A DNA stretch of 63,777 bases, the filler included, from Octopus bimaculoides (taxonomy: Eukaryota): assembly GCF_001194135.2 (NCBI RefSeq). It is 9 parts of 7 records of this genome, joined end to end, with 100 filler letters (N's around TTAATTAATTAA, not from the genome) between each part and the next. Parts side by side here need not be neighbours in the genome. Positions count along the whole stretch, not along the records: positions 23,828 to 45,570 come from NC_069009.1; 8 more parts are not named here. One strand, given 5' to 3'. The notes beneath the pieces are model-generated. The model saw only the letters and a list, made by a program, of their open reading frames with translations, had not been told where the DNA came from and did not search any database. A program made the position numbers and the translations under genes. Positions 27,496-39,458 of this stretch are shown piece after piece; within the stretch, counting starts at the first letter, position 1, and each line of letters starts with the position of its first letter.

Positions 27496-28458
27496 TTTTT
27501 TTGTGTGATCTTTTTTTTTTCAATTTGTTATGAGTGTTTATTTTTCATTTGTTAACTCTTATTGTATGAAAATTCTTTGCTGACAAAATTTTCTGACAGT
27601 TTATTTCTTTGAAATTTTTCTCTTCTGATGCAGCGGAGAATTTTGTCGCCAAAACAAGTGTAAAATATGAAATCTTGAATAAATATTTTTTTCTCTTATT
27701 CCAAAACATTGATTTGTATTCTATGAATATTGCAATCAATCAACATAAGTGTTGCAACTGCTTTCAAAGTTACATTTCTGGGATTGTAAAAGAACATATT
27801 GTGTTCTGATTCAATCATTACATGTTGTGTTAATAGAGATTTCTTTATTAAAATATGTGAGCATGTGCTCATGTGTGTGTGAAACAAAATTTTGTGACTA
27901 AGGAAACTATAAAAATAACAAGAACTTCAAAAACAGTTTTAATTTCCAGAGATGACAGAATGAGGCACAGTTCATGTCAGGATCCATCTAAGAATGTATC
28001 GAGTATACTGTGTAGAAGGAGGTGAGAAATAATCTCTGGGAGGAAGTTTACAGATTATTGCTGTCATAACAAACTACAGAATCTTTCTCCTCGTTTTAGA
28101 GCTGGAACGAAATTTTCTCTGGAGAAACATTGACTGATCTCTCCCACTCCATAACCAATATTAACAGAGGACACTGAATCACACTGGGTCAATCTTCAGA
28201 ACTGTTGGCTCTCAAAGATTTTCTTCAAAATAAAAATAATTGTTTTGACAATAAATCGCCAATCAGATTTTATAATTCAATAATGAAGTGGATAAATGGA
28301 GAAAAAAAAGAAAAAGTTGTTGTTGGTGACTACTATAATGTTGTCATCCGGTCACACTGCCACTTCTATGGAATCTTTGGATATTTAGCCTGTCTGGAAT
28401 TGGAAGAAATTTAGAAACAAAAATCAGATCTGAAGATTTTAGTTAATTCTGAACTTAC

Positions 28459-28613
28459 CACCACACAGCATAATGCAAAGCTGTAGAACCATTTATGTTG
28501 TCACTTATGTTCAATCCAGCTCCAGCATCTATTAACAGGTTTATTAAATCTGTTTTGCCCCATCGACAAGCAGCCATCAGGTAAGTTTGGCCCCATGAAT
28601 TTCCTTGGTTAAT
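28459..28613 (-). CDS. Internal coding exon of an ankyrin-repeat protein (INQGNSWGQTYLMAACRWGKTDLINLLIDAGAGLNISDNINGSTALHYAVW)
   Basis: Matches the ankyrin consensus (G-T-L-AA--G---I-LL--GA-LN--D--G-TALH-A). Acceptor ttatttatttcag at 28614 and donor GTAAGT at 28458-28453. Phase 0 start, phase 2 end. Confidence 0.85.
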
Positions 28614-29570
28614 CTGAAATAAATAATGTGAAGGCATTTGAAATATGTTAATGGATATATNNNNNNNNNNNNNNNNNNNNNNNNNNNNNNNNNNNNNNNN
28701 NNNNNNNNNNNNNNNNNNNNNNNNNNNNNNNNNNNNNNNNNNNNNNNNNNNNNNNNNNNNNNNNNNNNNNNNNNNNNNNNNNNNNNNNNNNNNNNNNNNN
28801 NNNNNNNNNNNNNNNNNNNNNNNNNNNNNNNNNNNNNNNNNNNNNNNNNNNNNNNNNNNNNNNNNNNNNNNNNNNNNNNNNNNNNNNNNNNNNNNNNNNN
28901 NNNNNNNNNNNNNNNNNNNNNNNNNNNNNNNNNNNNNNNNNNNNNNNNNNNNNNNNNNNNNNNNNNNNNNNNNNNNNNNNNNNNNNNNNNNNNNNNNNNN
29001 NNNNNNNNNNNNNNNNNNNNNNNNNNNNNNNNNNNNNNNNNNNNNNNNNNNNNNNNNNNNNNNNNNNNNNNNNNNNNNNNNNNNNNNNNNNNNNNNNNNN
29101 NNNNNNNNNNNNNNNNNNNNNNNNNNNNNNNNNNNNNNNNNNNNNNNNNNNNNNNNNNNNNNNNNNNNNNNNNNNNNNNNNNNNNNNNNNNNNNNNNNNN
29201 NNNNNNNNNNNNNNNNNNNNNNNNNNNNNNNNNNNNNNNNNNNNNNNNNNNNNNNNNNNNNNNNNNNNNNNNNNNNNNNNNNNNNNNNNNNNNNNNNNNN
29301 NNNNNNNNNNNNNNNNNNNNNNNNNNNNNNNNNNNNNNNNNNNNNNNNNNNNNNNNNNNNNNNNNNNNNNNNNNNNNNNNNNNNNNNNNNNNNNNNNNNN
29401 NNNNNNNNNNNNNNNNNNNNNNNNNNNNNATTATTATATGATCGAACGCCATGCATCCATTTCTAAGTAAGTTTATATATATATATATTATACACAATGT
29501 ATACCTCAAAAAACAGACATACATAGAATTATTATTCTGCGCGTGAGGTCAAGGAGGTCATTATTTTGGT

Positions 29571-29629
<59 letters not shown>

Positions 29630-29639
29630 GTGTGTTGGC

Positions 29640-31130
29640 ATTTGTATTTGATTCCTGTGACTAAATCCATTTTTGTCTTTTTACCCGGTAGCAATTTGTC
29701 AAAAACGGATTTAATTTCTCTAGCGAAAATTATTTCCGCGGGTGACATAGGGATTAGGTGTTACTCGATACACTCTTAGAAATTGTTGAAGCCCTAGGTC
29801 ATCCATTACTTCATTGTTCGCCTTTTTTAAAGCCCTCTTAAAATGTATCGACAAAATGCTCCGCTTGTCCATTTGACCTAGAATGATACAGTGGAGTGTC
29901 CACATGTTCTATAACAAACATTTTACAAAATTTTTTGAACTCGTCTGAAGTAAACCGAGTTCCATTATCAGACAGAATGGTATCAGGAATACCATATTTG
30001 GCGAACAATTTGTGTAACCCTGGATGTCGATCTTATGCACTTGAGGCCACTTACAAAAACTATCTGCCACAAGGTTATACGAACCATTAAGTGGACTTGT
30101 GTGATCAACATGCAGTTTGGACCAGGGGATATCTGTTTTTGACCACGGTTACCATTTTGTGGTAGATAATTTTGCTGCCAGGGCACAGCCTCTGCATGTT
30201 TTCACTAGTTCTTCAACGTCATGGTTCATTCTTGGCCAGTAGACATAACTTTTCATAAGCGACTCATTCTATAAATTCCTGAATGTCCAGTATGGAATTC
30301 CTTTAACACTCAATTTTGTAATGAGACAGGAATTACGACCCTCTGTGCAAACATAAGCGCATTATCACATATCGATTACGAATTCGAAACTATGTTACGT
30401 TCAGCCACATGTATATTTTTTTTTCTTTCTTCTGATATCACAATCTTTTTATTTTCCTGATAAACTCGCCCGTCTCTGCTTAATTTTTATTTCCTCCAAC
30501 GTGACAGGCAATTTATGACAACGTTGCACAATATATTTCATTTTCAGCATTTAACGCCGCCGTCACTGTGTCTTCTAGTGGTTCACTGTATTTTGGTATT
30601 AACCTTAACAAACAATCTTCATGTCCCAATTTTTTAGATTGCAAGTATTCTATCTTGAAGTCATAATTCAGTAGGATCATTTCCCAGTGCTGCAATCTGT
30701 TGGCAGTATGTGTAAGGATACCCTTTTTCTGAGTCATAGATCGACAATAATGAGCGGTGATTTGTTTGCAAATGGAGTCTTCTTCCATGTATAAATTTAT
30801 AGAATTTTTTTTACCTCAACTATGTTAGCTAACGCTTCCTTCTCTATTTGACTGTAATTTTTCTCAGCCGGCAATAAGAAACGCGAAGTATGAGCAACAG
30901 GTTTCAGGATACCATATTCATATTTATGTAAAATCACGGCTCCAATACCACTTTCTCTAGTGTTTGATGCCACTACCATTTCTAAATTCGGATCAAAATG
31001 TGGTAACGACAATTCCAACGTCAAGATATTTTTAATTTCTTCGAAAGTTTTTTGACAATTGTCCAACCAGTCCTACTTAATGTCATTTTTAACAATTTAT
31101 TCAGGTGGGCTTAAATCCTGAATATTTGGT
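29640..31130 (-). mobile_element. Decayed Ty3/Gypsy pol (RT/RNase H/integrase), intronic
   Basis: RNase H-like segment (SGIGAVILH...KPVAHTSRFLLPAEKNYSQIEKEALA, RLQHWEMILLNYDFKIEY) and integrase-like segment (FLRVYRVTPNP...SPAEIIFAREIKSVFD), with stops and frameshifts. No LTRs seen. Confidence 0.9.
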
Positions 31131-31138
31131 ATGTATTG

Positions 31139-31432
31139 TTGGCACTCCATCGCTTACGACGTCGAGGGTTCCAGTTGATCTGATCAACGGAACAGCCTGA
31201 TCGTGAAATTAACGTGCAAGTGGCTGAGCACTCCACAGACACGTGTACCCTTAATGTAGTTCTCAGGGATATTCAGTGACACAGAAAAATTACAGTCAAG
31301 GCTGACCCTTTGAATTACAGGCACAACAGAAACAGGAAGTAAGAGTGAGAGAAAGTTGTTGTGAAAGAGTACAGCAGGGTTCGCCACCATCCCCTGCCGG
31401 AGCCTCGTGGAGCTTTAGGTGTTTTCGCTCAA
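31139..31432 (-). mobile_element. SINE family C, 5'-truncated
   Basis: Reverse complement of 37460-37750. Confidence 0.85.
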
Positions 31433-31876
31433 TCAAGCTAGCTCAAGTGGGGGTTTGATTCCTATGTGACACACCAGTATTTTCAAATGTTTGACAAATT
31501 CTTCAAAAGAAATTGTGTAGCCCTTGACATCAGTAAAACTTTCAACTGTTTGGAACAAGATAACTTCTTAACAAAGTCACCATCCATCTATTGACTTCAA
31601 CTGTGTCACATCTCTTGGATTGAATATTCTTTGTTAGAATACTCCATTGCAGTGTATGATGATGGGCTTTCACTCTTGTCCCATCAACTCTGCCATGCCT
31701 CAAGCTTTGGTTAAGTATTTATAAAAACTAGGGATGTTGAAGATTAGAAGAAAGAGGCGAAGAAAGAAATGAAATATCATGGGCAAATATAAGTGATTAG
31801 TTAGGAAATTTGATATTATGTATAAAATAATAAACAAATAATCGAATTTGAAAAGGAAATAAACAGAACAACTTAC

Positions 31877-31976
31877 CTTATTTGGATTGTCTTTAATAAG
31901 TTTTTTCATGTAGTTAGTGTCACCATTTTTAATTTCATCCATAATTTCATTAACTTTTATTTCTCTGGAAAATAAG
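31877..31976 (-). CDS. Upstream coding exon of the same ankyrin-repeat gene ((LFSR)EIKVNEIMDEIKNGDTNYMKKLIKDNPNK)
   Basis: Donor AAG|GTAAGT at 31876-31871 is phase 0 and joins in frame to the 28613 exon (NPNK|INQG), giving an ankyrin-like first repeat. Two in-phase acceptors: tttgtag (exon start 31976) and ttccag (31964). Confidence 0.7.
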
Positions 31977-33593
31977 CTACAAATAAAATGAAATTAAAAT
32001 AATTTTTAAAATCTTGTAAAAAGATGTAAACAACGATATGTAGAAAACGATGGTTCTAAAACTTCAGATAAAATAACACAGATATTGGAAACATCAGTTT
32101 ATCTAGAGTATTATTTATAGCTGAATATTCTTCTTGATACTAATAAACCTAACAACAGTCATTGTACTTCGTCTACATTACTCTGCTTATCAAAGTCTGA
32201 TTGGTTACAATTAAACCCTGAATATTCTTTCCTTCTCTAGGCACAAGGCCTGAAATTTTGTGGGGAGGGGCCAGTCGATTAGATCGACTCCAGTGTTATG
32301 ACCTACAGCCATATTGCATTATTTGTTCATTTGTTATGGACAGAATCGGCGCATAAGGAGTTTGAAGCAAACAACTTTTCTTTGTAAACATGTTTTTCGG
32401 TCATTTTCCGATGACCAACACTGCAGTCTGTCTACTAAATTCAGTAATAGGTCTGTGGTTGGCATAGCGCTATAGGGATAAAAACACTTGTCCAAGGTAC
32501 CATGAAGAGGAAATGTTTAAAATACAGGGTGTATTTGGTGAAGTGGGACTGAACGTAGAACCATGTGGTTGGGAAGCAAACTTCTAGAACCACACGGTCA
32601 ATCTTGCACGTAATATGTATGTGTGTTTACATTTGTTGTTAAATCGAGTATTGTGTCTTGCTATGTCTCAACTTAGCAGTTCATCAAGCGGAGCCCTATA
32701 AAATAAATGCCAAATTGAAATACATACTGAGTTCAGTATGATCAGTTAAATTTTTGAAGGTAATACCCCGTCATGGTGACAGTCAAAAGACTAAACCCAG
32801 TAAAATAATGTTTAAAGACTTAATGGATTACTAACCAGAAGGTGATGAGTTCAATATTTCGTATTGAACTTCCACTCTATACGATAACGCTATAACGTAC
32901 GCCTCAGTCTACTTGACTTTCAAAATTAACAATTGTAATTTGAATAGTTTGTAGTAAGAAAGATGTCCGGATTTCTTAAAACATTGTCGTGCAAAACATT
33001 CTAAGAAAAAGTACTTTCTTTCACCACAACAAAACACGCACGCACACACAGGTGCCTCTGTAGAAATTCAAGCTACTACAAATAACAGCCAAATCTCTCT
33101 TAAAACACACTCTTTCATCAAAAGAAAGGCATAAAATTTATAATATTTCAGGAAAAAAAAAACTATGCAATGGGTCTGCGACATCAGAGGCAACTCTGGT
33201 CTAGACAAAACACAGACAAAAATACTTCACATTAAAAGATTATGTAATAAATAATACTAATAAAGTTGACAGTATATCTTCGAAATTTAAATATTTTCTC
33301 ATTATACTCTAAGACATAAAAACTGTTCATGCAGAGTTGCCTCCCCTAGCTAAAGACCTCAAACTTGTGCGACCCGACCTCATTTTCCAAGTTATTTCTT
33401 TTAGTAAAGAAGAGTTATTGTGCAAAAAACTTACTTTATTTGGTAGCTGAAAGATTACTGAAACTTTTGATACCTCATACATCAAAATCGGCAACTCCGT
33501 TCTCGAATCCATAAGGAACAACTCCCCACCCCGCACACACACTCAAACTGTTTTATTATATAAGATACACATACACACACATATATATATATT

Positions 33594-33624
<31 letters not shown>

Positions 33625-33724
33625 TGACAACAAAAGAATGAATGAGACCTCGGTATTAAGTAAATTGAGGAATTTATCTGTTAATATAATATGTGACAAT
33701 TAGTTGGTTGCCATAAAAACTCAC

Positions 33725-34035
33725 ACATGAGTGGTTGTGTGGTAAGAAGCAAGTGCCTTTTACCATATTCATGAGCTGACCAAAGCTTTGTCTGCTTTTT
33801 TGGAAGATGGAAACTAAAAGAAACCTTGTGTTAATCCCCAACCACCACTTGATACCCAGTGTTAGTTTTTTTGCCTTCCAATAACTTAGCGGTTCAGCAT
33901 CAGACACTGACAGAATGAATGCCAGGCATAGAAAATGGAATGAATGTGTATTAGTGTTGATTAACTTGAGTGAAAACTTTCGAAGTGGTGCCCCAGCATG
34001 GCCGATGCCTAATGATTGACACAAGTTCAAATACA
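33725..34035 (+). mobile_element. SINE family B (diverged)
   Basis: Homologous head and tail. Confidence 0.7.
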
Positions 34036-34199
34036 CACATATTATTTAATGTCGTTTGGGTAATAACCTTACAACGTGCATTCCATAGCTCCCCTGCACA
34101 CACACACACACATAGAGACATACATACACATACATATACACACATGCATACATACACACACACACACATACTAACATACACACATACATACAAACATAC

Positions 34200-34490
34200 A
34201 CATGGGGTGACCCCTTTGTCTCATGACTGACCATGGGATTGCACCTAGAAAGTAACCTTCCGAGGCACAAGTCCGGGCAAGATTGTTTATGGAAGACCAG
34301 CCTTCTCCACGCCACCAATGTTATCCAAGGGAAACGCTAAGGGGTCGATACAGCTGGGCACCTGTGACGTCACAACGTGAAATAAAGTGCCTTGCTCAAG
34401 AACACAACACGCAGCCCAGTCCGGGATTTGAACTCACAGCCTCATGATTGTAAGCTCGATGCTCTTACCACTGAGCCATTCACCTTCAAA
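34200..34490 (-). mobile_element. tRNA-derived SINE with a V-domain-like core
   Basis: Minus strand has a box A/B head (ggctcagtggtaagagc...gagttcaaatccc) followed by gtgttcttgagcaaggcactt. Confidence 0.65.
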
Positions 34491-34492
34491 CA

Positions 34493-34536
<44 letters not shown>

Positions 34537-34689
34537 TATACATATGCTGGTACTTAATGATTCAGAGAAGAAAAATGCGTGGAGATGCCATTATGAAAGG
34601 TTATTAAATGTGGAGAAATATTAGAAGGACAAAGCATCAGAGTTGATAACTGTATCATAGATAATGTAGTAGTAGTACAATAGTATCAT

Positions 34690-35395
34690 TGTTAGCTGTT
34701 ATAAGTTGATTCCTTAGTTAGAAATAGATAGAGAGCTTTCAAACTGCTGGACCAGGTCATGAAAATTACAGAGAGAGAGCTATAGCTCAATTTATTAGTA
34801 ATAAAATTAAACTAGATGAAATGCAGTTTGGTTTCGTACCTGGGAAGAGTACCACAGATGCCATCATCCTAGTGAGACAGTTGTAAGAAAAGTATCTGAG
34901 CAAAAGTAATCGATTGTACTTAGCTTTCTTCGACCTGGAGAAACTTTTGACAAGGTTCTCCACGCTCTTATCTGATGGTCTCTAAAGAAGCTTGGAATAC
35001 AGGAGTAGCTTGTTAGATTCAAGGTCAGAGTAGGCCTTGAATACAGTAATGAATTTAGAGTACAAGCTGGGGTTTACCACGGATTAGTTCTTAGTCCACT
35101 TTTATTTATCATAGTTCTCCAGGCCATCACAGAGGAATTCAAAACTGGATGCCGATAGGAACTGCTATATGCTGATGAGCTCGCTCTTGTTGCAGAATCT
35201 TAAGCAGAATTGGAAAAGTTCCGGGTATGGAATCAAAACCTGGAATCAAAGGGACTTAAAGTTAACCTAGCAAAGACTAAAGTTGTTGCTAGCAAAAAAT
35301 TAGACAAGACTCTCTTTCCGTCAGGTAAATGGCTCTGCACAATATGTAGAAAAGGAGGAGGAAAAAATTGCATTTGCCTCACCCACTGCAATCTA
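34690..35395 (+). mobile_element. RTE-clade LINE reverse-transcriptase fragment
   Basis: MQFGFVPGKSTTDAI...FFDLEK, VLSPLLFIIVL, LLYADEL, GLKVNLAKTKVV, followed by a Cys-rich tail. In-frame stops present. Confidence 0.88.
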
Positions 35396-35779
35396 TGTAA
35401 TATATATATTTATGTATGTATGTATATGTGTATGTATGTATGTGTGTATCATAATATAATAACTCTGTTTCCAGTTTTAACAGAAGACAATATTTAAAAC
35501 AACAACAACAACAAAAAATTTTACGTCACCGAATAAGTGAGCGACTCATTTTCAGTTGGAAGTATGATCCGTAACCGTCAGATGCAGCAAAAAGAAATAA
35601 GCCGCCTGCAAATAGAAATAAATTGGTTTCAGCTGCTGATATATAAATGTGTATTAATCAGGAGGCAAATTTTTGGAACCAAAAAAAGCTATTGGCATTT
35701 ATTCCTGGAATTTTATCTTTTATTTTTTTCATTTCATTATAACTCTTATTACACATGTTCATCTTCCTTCCTTATTTAT

Positions 35780-36431
35780 TTCATTCTGAATGTTGTTTGA
35801 AATTTACACATAGAATGTCTAAATCAAGTCATTGACGAAGCTGTCCATAATTGTCTGAAAAGCTAAGTGTGTATAAATTTATTCATACCACAAGATCTTC
35901 AACAGAAATACTGTTAAAGTGAGCTATGGTTATCGTTGCATCCCCAATATATGGTCAATAATACTCAAATCACAATAAACATAAACACACCAGAAACACC
36001 CTAGAAAGACAATGCAAATTCAGATCCTCAAACCACCGCCCTCTAAACAACAATTGTCTCGAGAAAGAACTCGTATACAAGGCCAGGATCACAGACCCCA
36101 ACTGAATAGCAAAGACGTATATCGGAATGAGGAGCAACTCATTCAAGGAAAGGTATACACAACATCTGGCATCATTCAGAGACAAAAACATGCGACATCC
36201 TTATCAAATATGATATTGACATTGAATGAAGGTGGATTAAGTAACCCCCAGATAGAATGGAAAATTATTGCTAAAGCTAAAAAATACAGAGGACAGGGTA
36301 CCAAATGTGAACTCTGTATCACTGAAAAATTAAACATTATAGAATCAACAAATAACATCTTAAACATTAGGGAGGAAACTTTCTCTCCCTGCATACGCAA
36401 GCAATATTTTACACTCAAGTATTTCAAATAA
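35780..36431 (+). mobile_element. Penelope-like element, GIY-YIG endonuclease end (frameshifted)
   Basis: HKIFNRNTVKVSY, then VYKARIT...TYIGMRSNSFKERYTQH, then IEWKIIAKAKKY...KCELCITEKLNII...LNIREETFSPC. Confidence 0.85.
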
Positions 36432-36826
36432 GAGCTCCTATACGCGAGGGTAACCCTACAAGTATAGCCCATTTCCTAAACGTGAACACACATAGCACAC
36501 AAAGAAGAAATATGCCCCAATGACCAACCACCTCATTATGCAAGTATAAAAACACTTTGCCCAGAACAAATGCAATATAATGCAAACAAATTAATCACAA
36601 AAAATATATCGAAGGGGGACAAACATCCTAAAGATGCCACTCAAGAGTAACGTTCCTTGCTTCATTGTTTTATTTAAGCGAATTTACGACAGCACATCAG
36701 AGCAGACATGTGAGACTGTAGAGCGACGGATAGCGCACGTGGGCGTGGAGTGAACCTTGCAGATCGAGACAGAGCACGTGAACGTTGAAAGTGGCCCTTT
36801 TTCCGAACCGTCAGGTAAGACTAGCG

Positions 36827-37029
36827 GGTACTACTAAAGCAGCGCGGACCCGAACGCGCAGTCGCGCGTCCGCGCTAGCTAGTCTTGAGTGGTCGATCCT
36901 AACCCTAACCCTGTCCCTAACCCTAACCCGCGTGTGCAAATGAATACGTGTTTAGGGTTAGGGTTAGGGTTAGGATCGACCACTCACGACTAGCTAGCGC
37001 GTTCGGGTCCGCGCTGCTTTAGTAGTACC
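36827..37029. mobile_element. 203-bp fold-back MITE (Merlin/MULE-like) with internal (CCCTAA)n...(TTAGGG)n
   Basis: 33-bp perfect TIR GGTACTACTAAAGCAGCGCGGACCCGAACGCGC that extends further inward after a 16-bp indel. Perfect 9-bp TSD AGACTAGCG at 36818-36826 and 37030-37038. Confidence 0.9.
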
Positions 37030-37370
37030 AGACTAGCGTAATTCTCTCTCCGTTTGCATCCTTCCCCCCCCCCTTTACATCACACCTAAGATAGAGCCAG
37101 TCAAGTTGCGTCCTCACAGCTTGCGTGTCCACGCAGAAAAGAGAAAGAGCTGAGGTCACGCGTCTGAACCTCAATGTTGTGTAGCGCCCTCTCTCTGTAT
37201 AGCCAGCTAGTTTACCCCTGTCAAGGGGGATAATACACCCACATGTTTCTCTGCGTGCATGTATGTGCAAGGTCCTATGTTTTTGTATGTGCATGCATGT
37301 TTATGTGTGTATATGTATGTGTGCGTCTCTATACATATGCTTTTTTATGTATGGGTATATGTATATGTGT

Positions 37371-37750
37371 GGAAGCGCAATGGCCCAGTGATTAGGGCAG
37401 CGGACTCGCGGTCGTAGGATCGCGGTTTCGATTCCCAGACCGGACGTTGTGAGTGTTTATTGAGTGAAAACACCTAAAGTTCCATAAAGCTCCAGCAGAA
37501 GTTGGTGGCGAACCCTGCTGTACTCTTTCGCCACAACTTTCTCTCACTCTTTATTCCTGTTTCTGTTGTACCTGTAATTCAAAGGGGCCAGCCTTGTCAC
37601 ACTCTGTGTCACGCTGAATCTCGCCGAGAACTACGTTGAGGGTAAACGTGTCTGTGGAGTGCTCAGCCACTTGCATGTTAATTTCACGATCAGGCTGTTC
37701 CGTTGATCGGATCAACTGGATCCCTCATCGTCGTAACCGCCTGAACGCCA
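37371..37750 (+). mobile_element. Full-length tRNA-derived SINE family C (resembles octopus OR-type SINEs)
   Basis: Head gcgcaatggcccagtg(g/a)ttagggcagcggactcgcggtc...gtttcgattcc. Partial copies at 31139-31432 (-), 53768-53899 (-) and a head only at 26270-26337 (+). Confidence 0.85.
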
Positions 37751-38073
37751 CGATATATATATATGTATATGTGCGTGTGTGGCTGAGGTTAGTGTTTGTA
37801 TGTATAGTATGCGTGTATGTTTGTAATTAAACACTCCTTATTTAGACAATGAATAAAAAAAACTCCAAAATATCAGTTTTAAAATCGCTCTAAAGCGAGA
37901 AATTCCTATCGGATTTTTGTAAACAAAAGCGCTTTGCAAACAGGGAAGCCATTTCATTTTTCCAAGCATATAATACTGTACCAAGAATTTTAAATGCAAT
38001 CTATAAGCATATATTAAAAATATATTCGTTTTATACGTCAGAAGATGTTCCAGTCTCATAATGTCAAAAACTA

Positions 38074-38276
38074 TTGGGTTGGTGCATAATTATTGCGGCT
38101 TTTTTCAATAAATTTTATTCAACAAAAACAATAACAACATTTAACGAAAACATCTTTAAATTATTATTCCGGAGCATATTCACCATCTACTTCAATTTCT
38201 GCCTGGCGTTTTGGTTAAATTTTTTGTTGAATAAAATTTATTGAAAAAAAGCCGCAATAATTATGCACCAGCCTAA
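38074..38276. mobile_element. mariner-type MITE
   Basis: TIRs TT(G/A)GG(T/C)TGGTGCATAATTATTGCGGCTTTTTTCAATAAA resemble Hsmar1/MADE ends. TA on both flanks. Confidence 0.85.
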
Positions 38277-38295
38277 TATAAGTACATATTAAACA

Positions 38296-39230
38296 GGTAA
38301 TCTTCAAGTTTAGGGGGATAAAAAAAGTAAATAAGAATATTCAAGGGAAATAACTGAACGACTTACCATTATTATTCGTTTNNNNNNNNNNNNNNNNNNN
38401 NNNNNNNNNNNNNNNNNNNNNNNNNNNNNNNNNNNNNNNNNNNNNNNNNNNNNNNNNNNNNNNNNNNNNNNNNNNNNNNNNNNNNNNNNNNNNNNNNNNN
38501 NNNNNNNNNNNNNNNNNNNNNNNNNNNNNNNNNNNNNNNNNNNNNNNNNNNNNNNNNNNNNNNNNNNNNNNNNNNNNNNNNNNNNNNNNNNNNNNNNNNN
38601 NNNNNNNNNNNNNNNNNNNNNNNNNNNNNNNNNNNNNNNNNNNNNNNNNNNNNNNNNNNNNNNNNNNNNNNNNNNNNNNNNNNNNNNNNNNNNNNNNNNN
38701 NNNNNNNNNNNNNNNNNNNNNNNNNNNNNNNNNNNNNNNNNNNNNNNNNNNNNNNNNNNNNNNATGCTCCAGATGTTTGAATATATTGCACTGTAGAAAA
38801 TTTCATTAAAATATATCTATTTTCAATGAACACGACCTCGCCGAGTGAGGGTCACCATGCAGTTCTAGAAATTCACCTACTCAACATTATACACTTCAGA
38901 AATGGCGGCCAAAAAATAAACAAATGTTTATTCTTTTAGGATTGAATTTCGTCATAGAAATTCATGTAGATAGGATGAGATTGAGGATTTCGTTTTCAGC
39001 AACAATAAGATGTTGTGCAGCCGGTCTTCCACGAGGCATTTTCGATTTCTCATAAGAAACTATGATATTCAATCACGTGTGTGATTTATATATAAACAGT
39101 TAACGTCAATCAAATCACGTGTGTGATTTATTTATAAACAGAGTAGAACGGAGAATACTGGTAAGACGTTCAGTTACTTCCCTTGAATATTTTTATCTAT
39201 TTTTTTACCCCCCTAAACTTGAAGATTACC
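38296..39230. mobile_element. Non-autonomous TIR element (Merlin/MULE-like), spans an N gap
   Basis: TIRs of about 72 bp beginning GGTAATCTTCAAGTTTAGGGGG (22 bp perfect). Perfect 9-bp TSD TATTAAACA at 38287-38295 and 39231-39239. Confidence 0.85.
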
Positions 39231-39385
39231 TATTAAACATTTTCACGTTTTATACTTCAGAGAATGTTTAAGTCTTATAATGTCAAAAAGCTATTATAAA
39301 GTTGAAATACTGGTTCAAATTTGACACAAGTCGAGTAGTTCCTGTCACCTAACTGCCTTATCAAGTTGAAATATTCTTTTCTGTG

Positions 39386-39458
39386 GTGAGTTTAGCTTAA
39401 TCGGCAAAAGCATCGTCACATGTAATGACGGGGATGTGAGTTCGAGTCCACAGCTGGC
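39386..39458 (+). pseudogene. tRNA-Thr(TGT)-like sequence (probable pseudogene or orphan SINE head)
   Basis: D stem GCTT/AAGC, anticodon stem CGTCA/TGACG with loop CA-TGT-AA, T loop GTTCGAGTC, acceptor stem 6/7 paired including G-T. Position 33 is A instead of U and the T stem is one base short. Confidence 0.55.

Noticed and set aside
27949-28022. Plus-strand exon-like segment (ttccag ... GAG|GTGAGA)
   Set aside because: No recognisable protein and no partner exons; such signals occur by chance.
36012-36431. 139-aa ORF as a host gene
   Set aside because: It is a frameshift mosaic of a Penelope-like GIY-YIG endonuclease.
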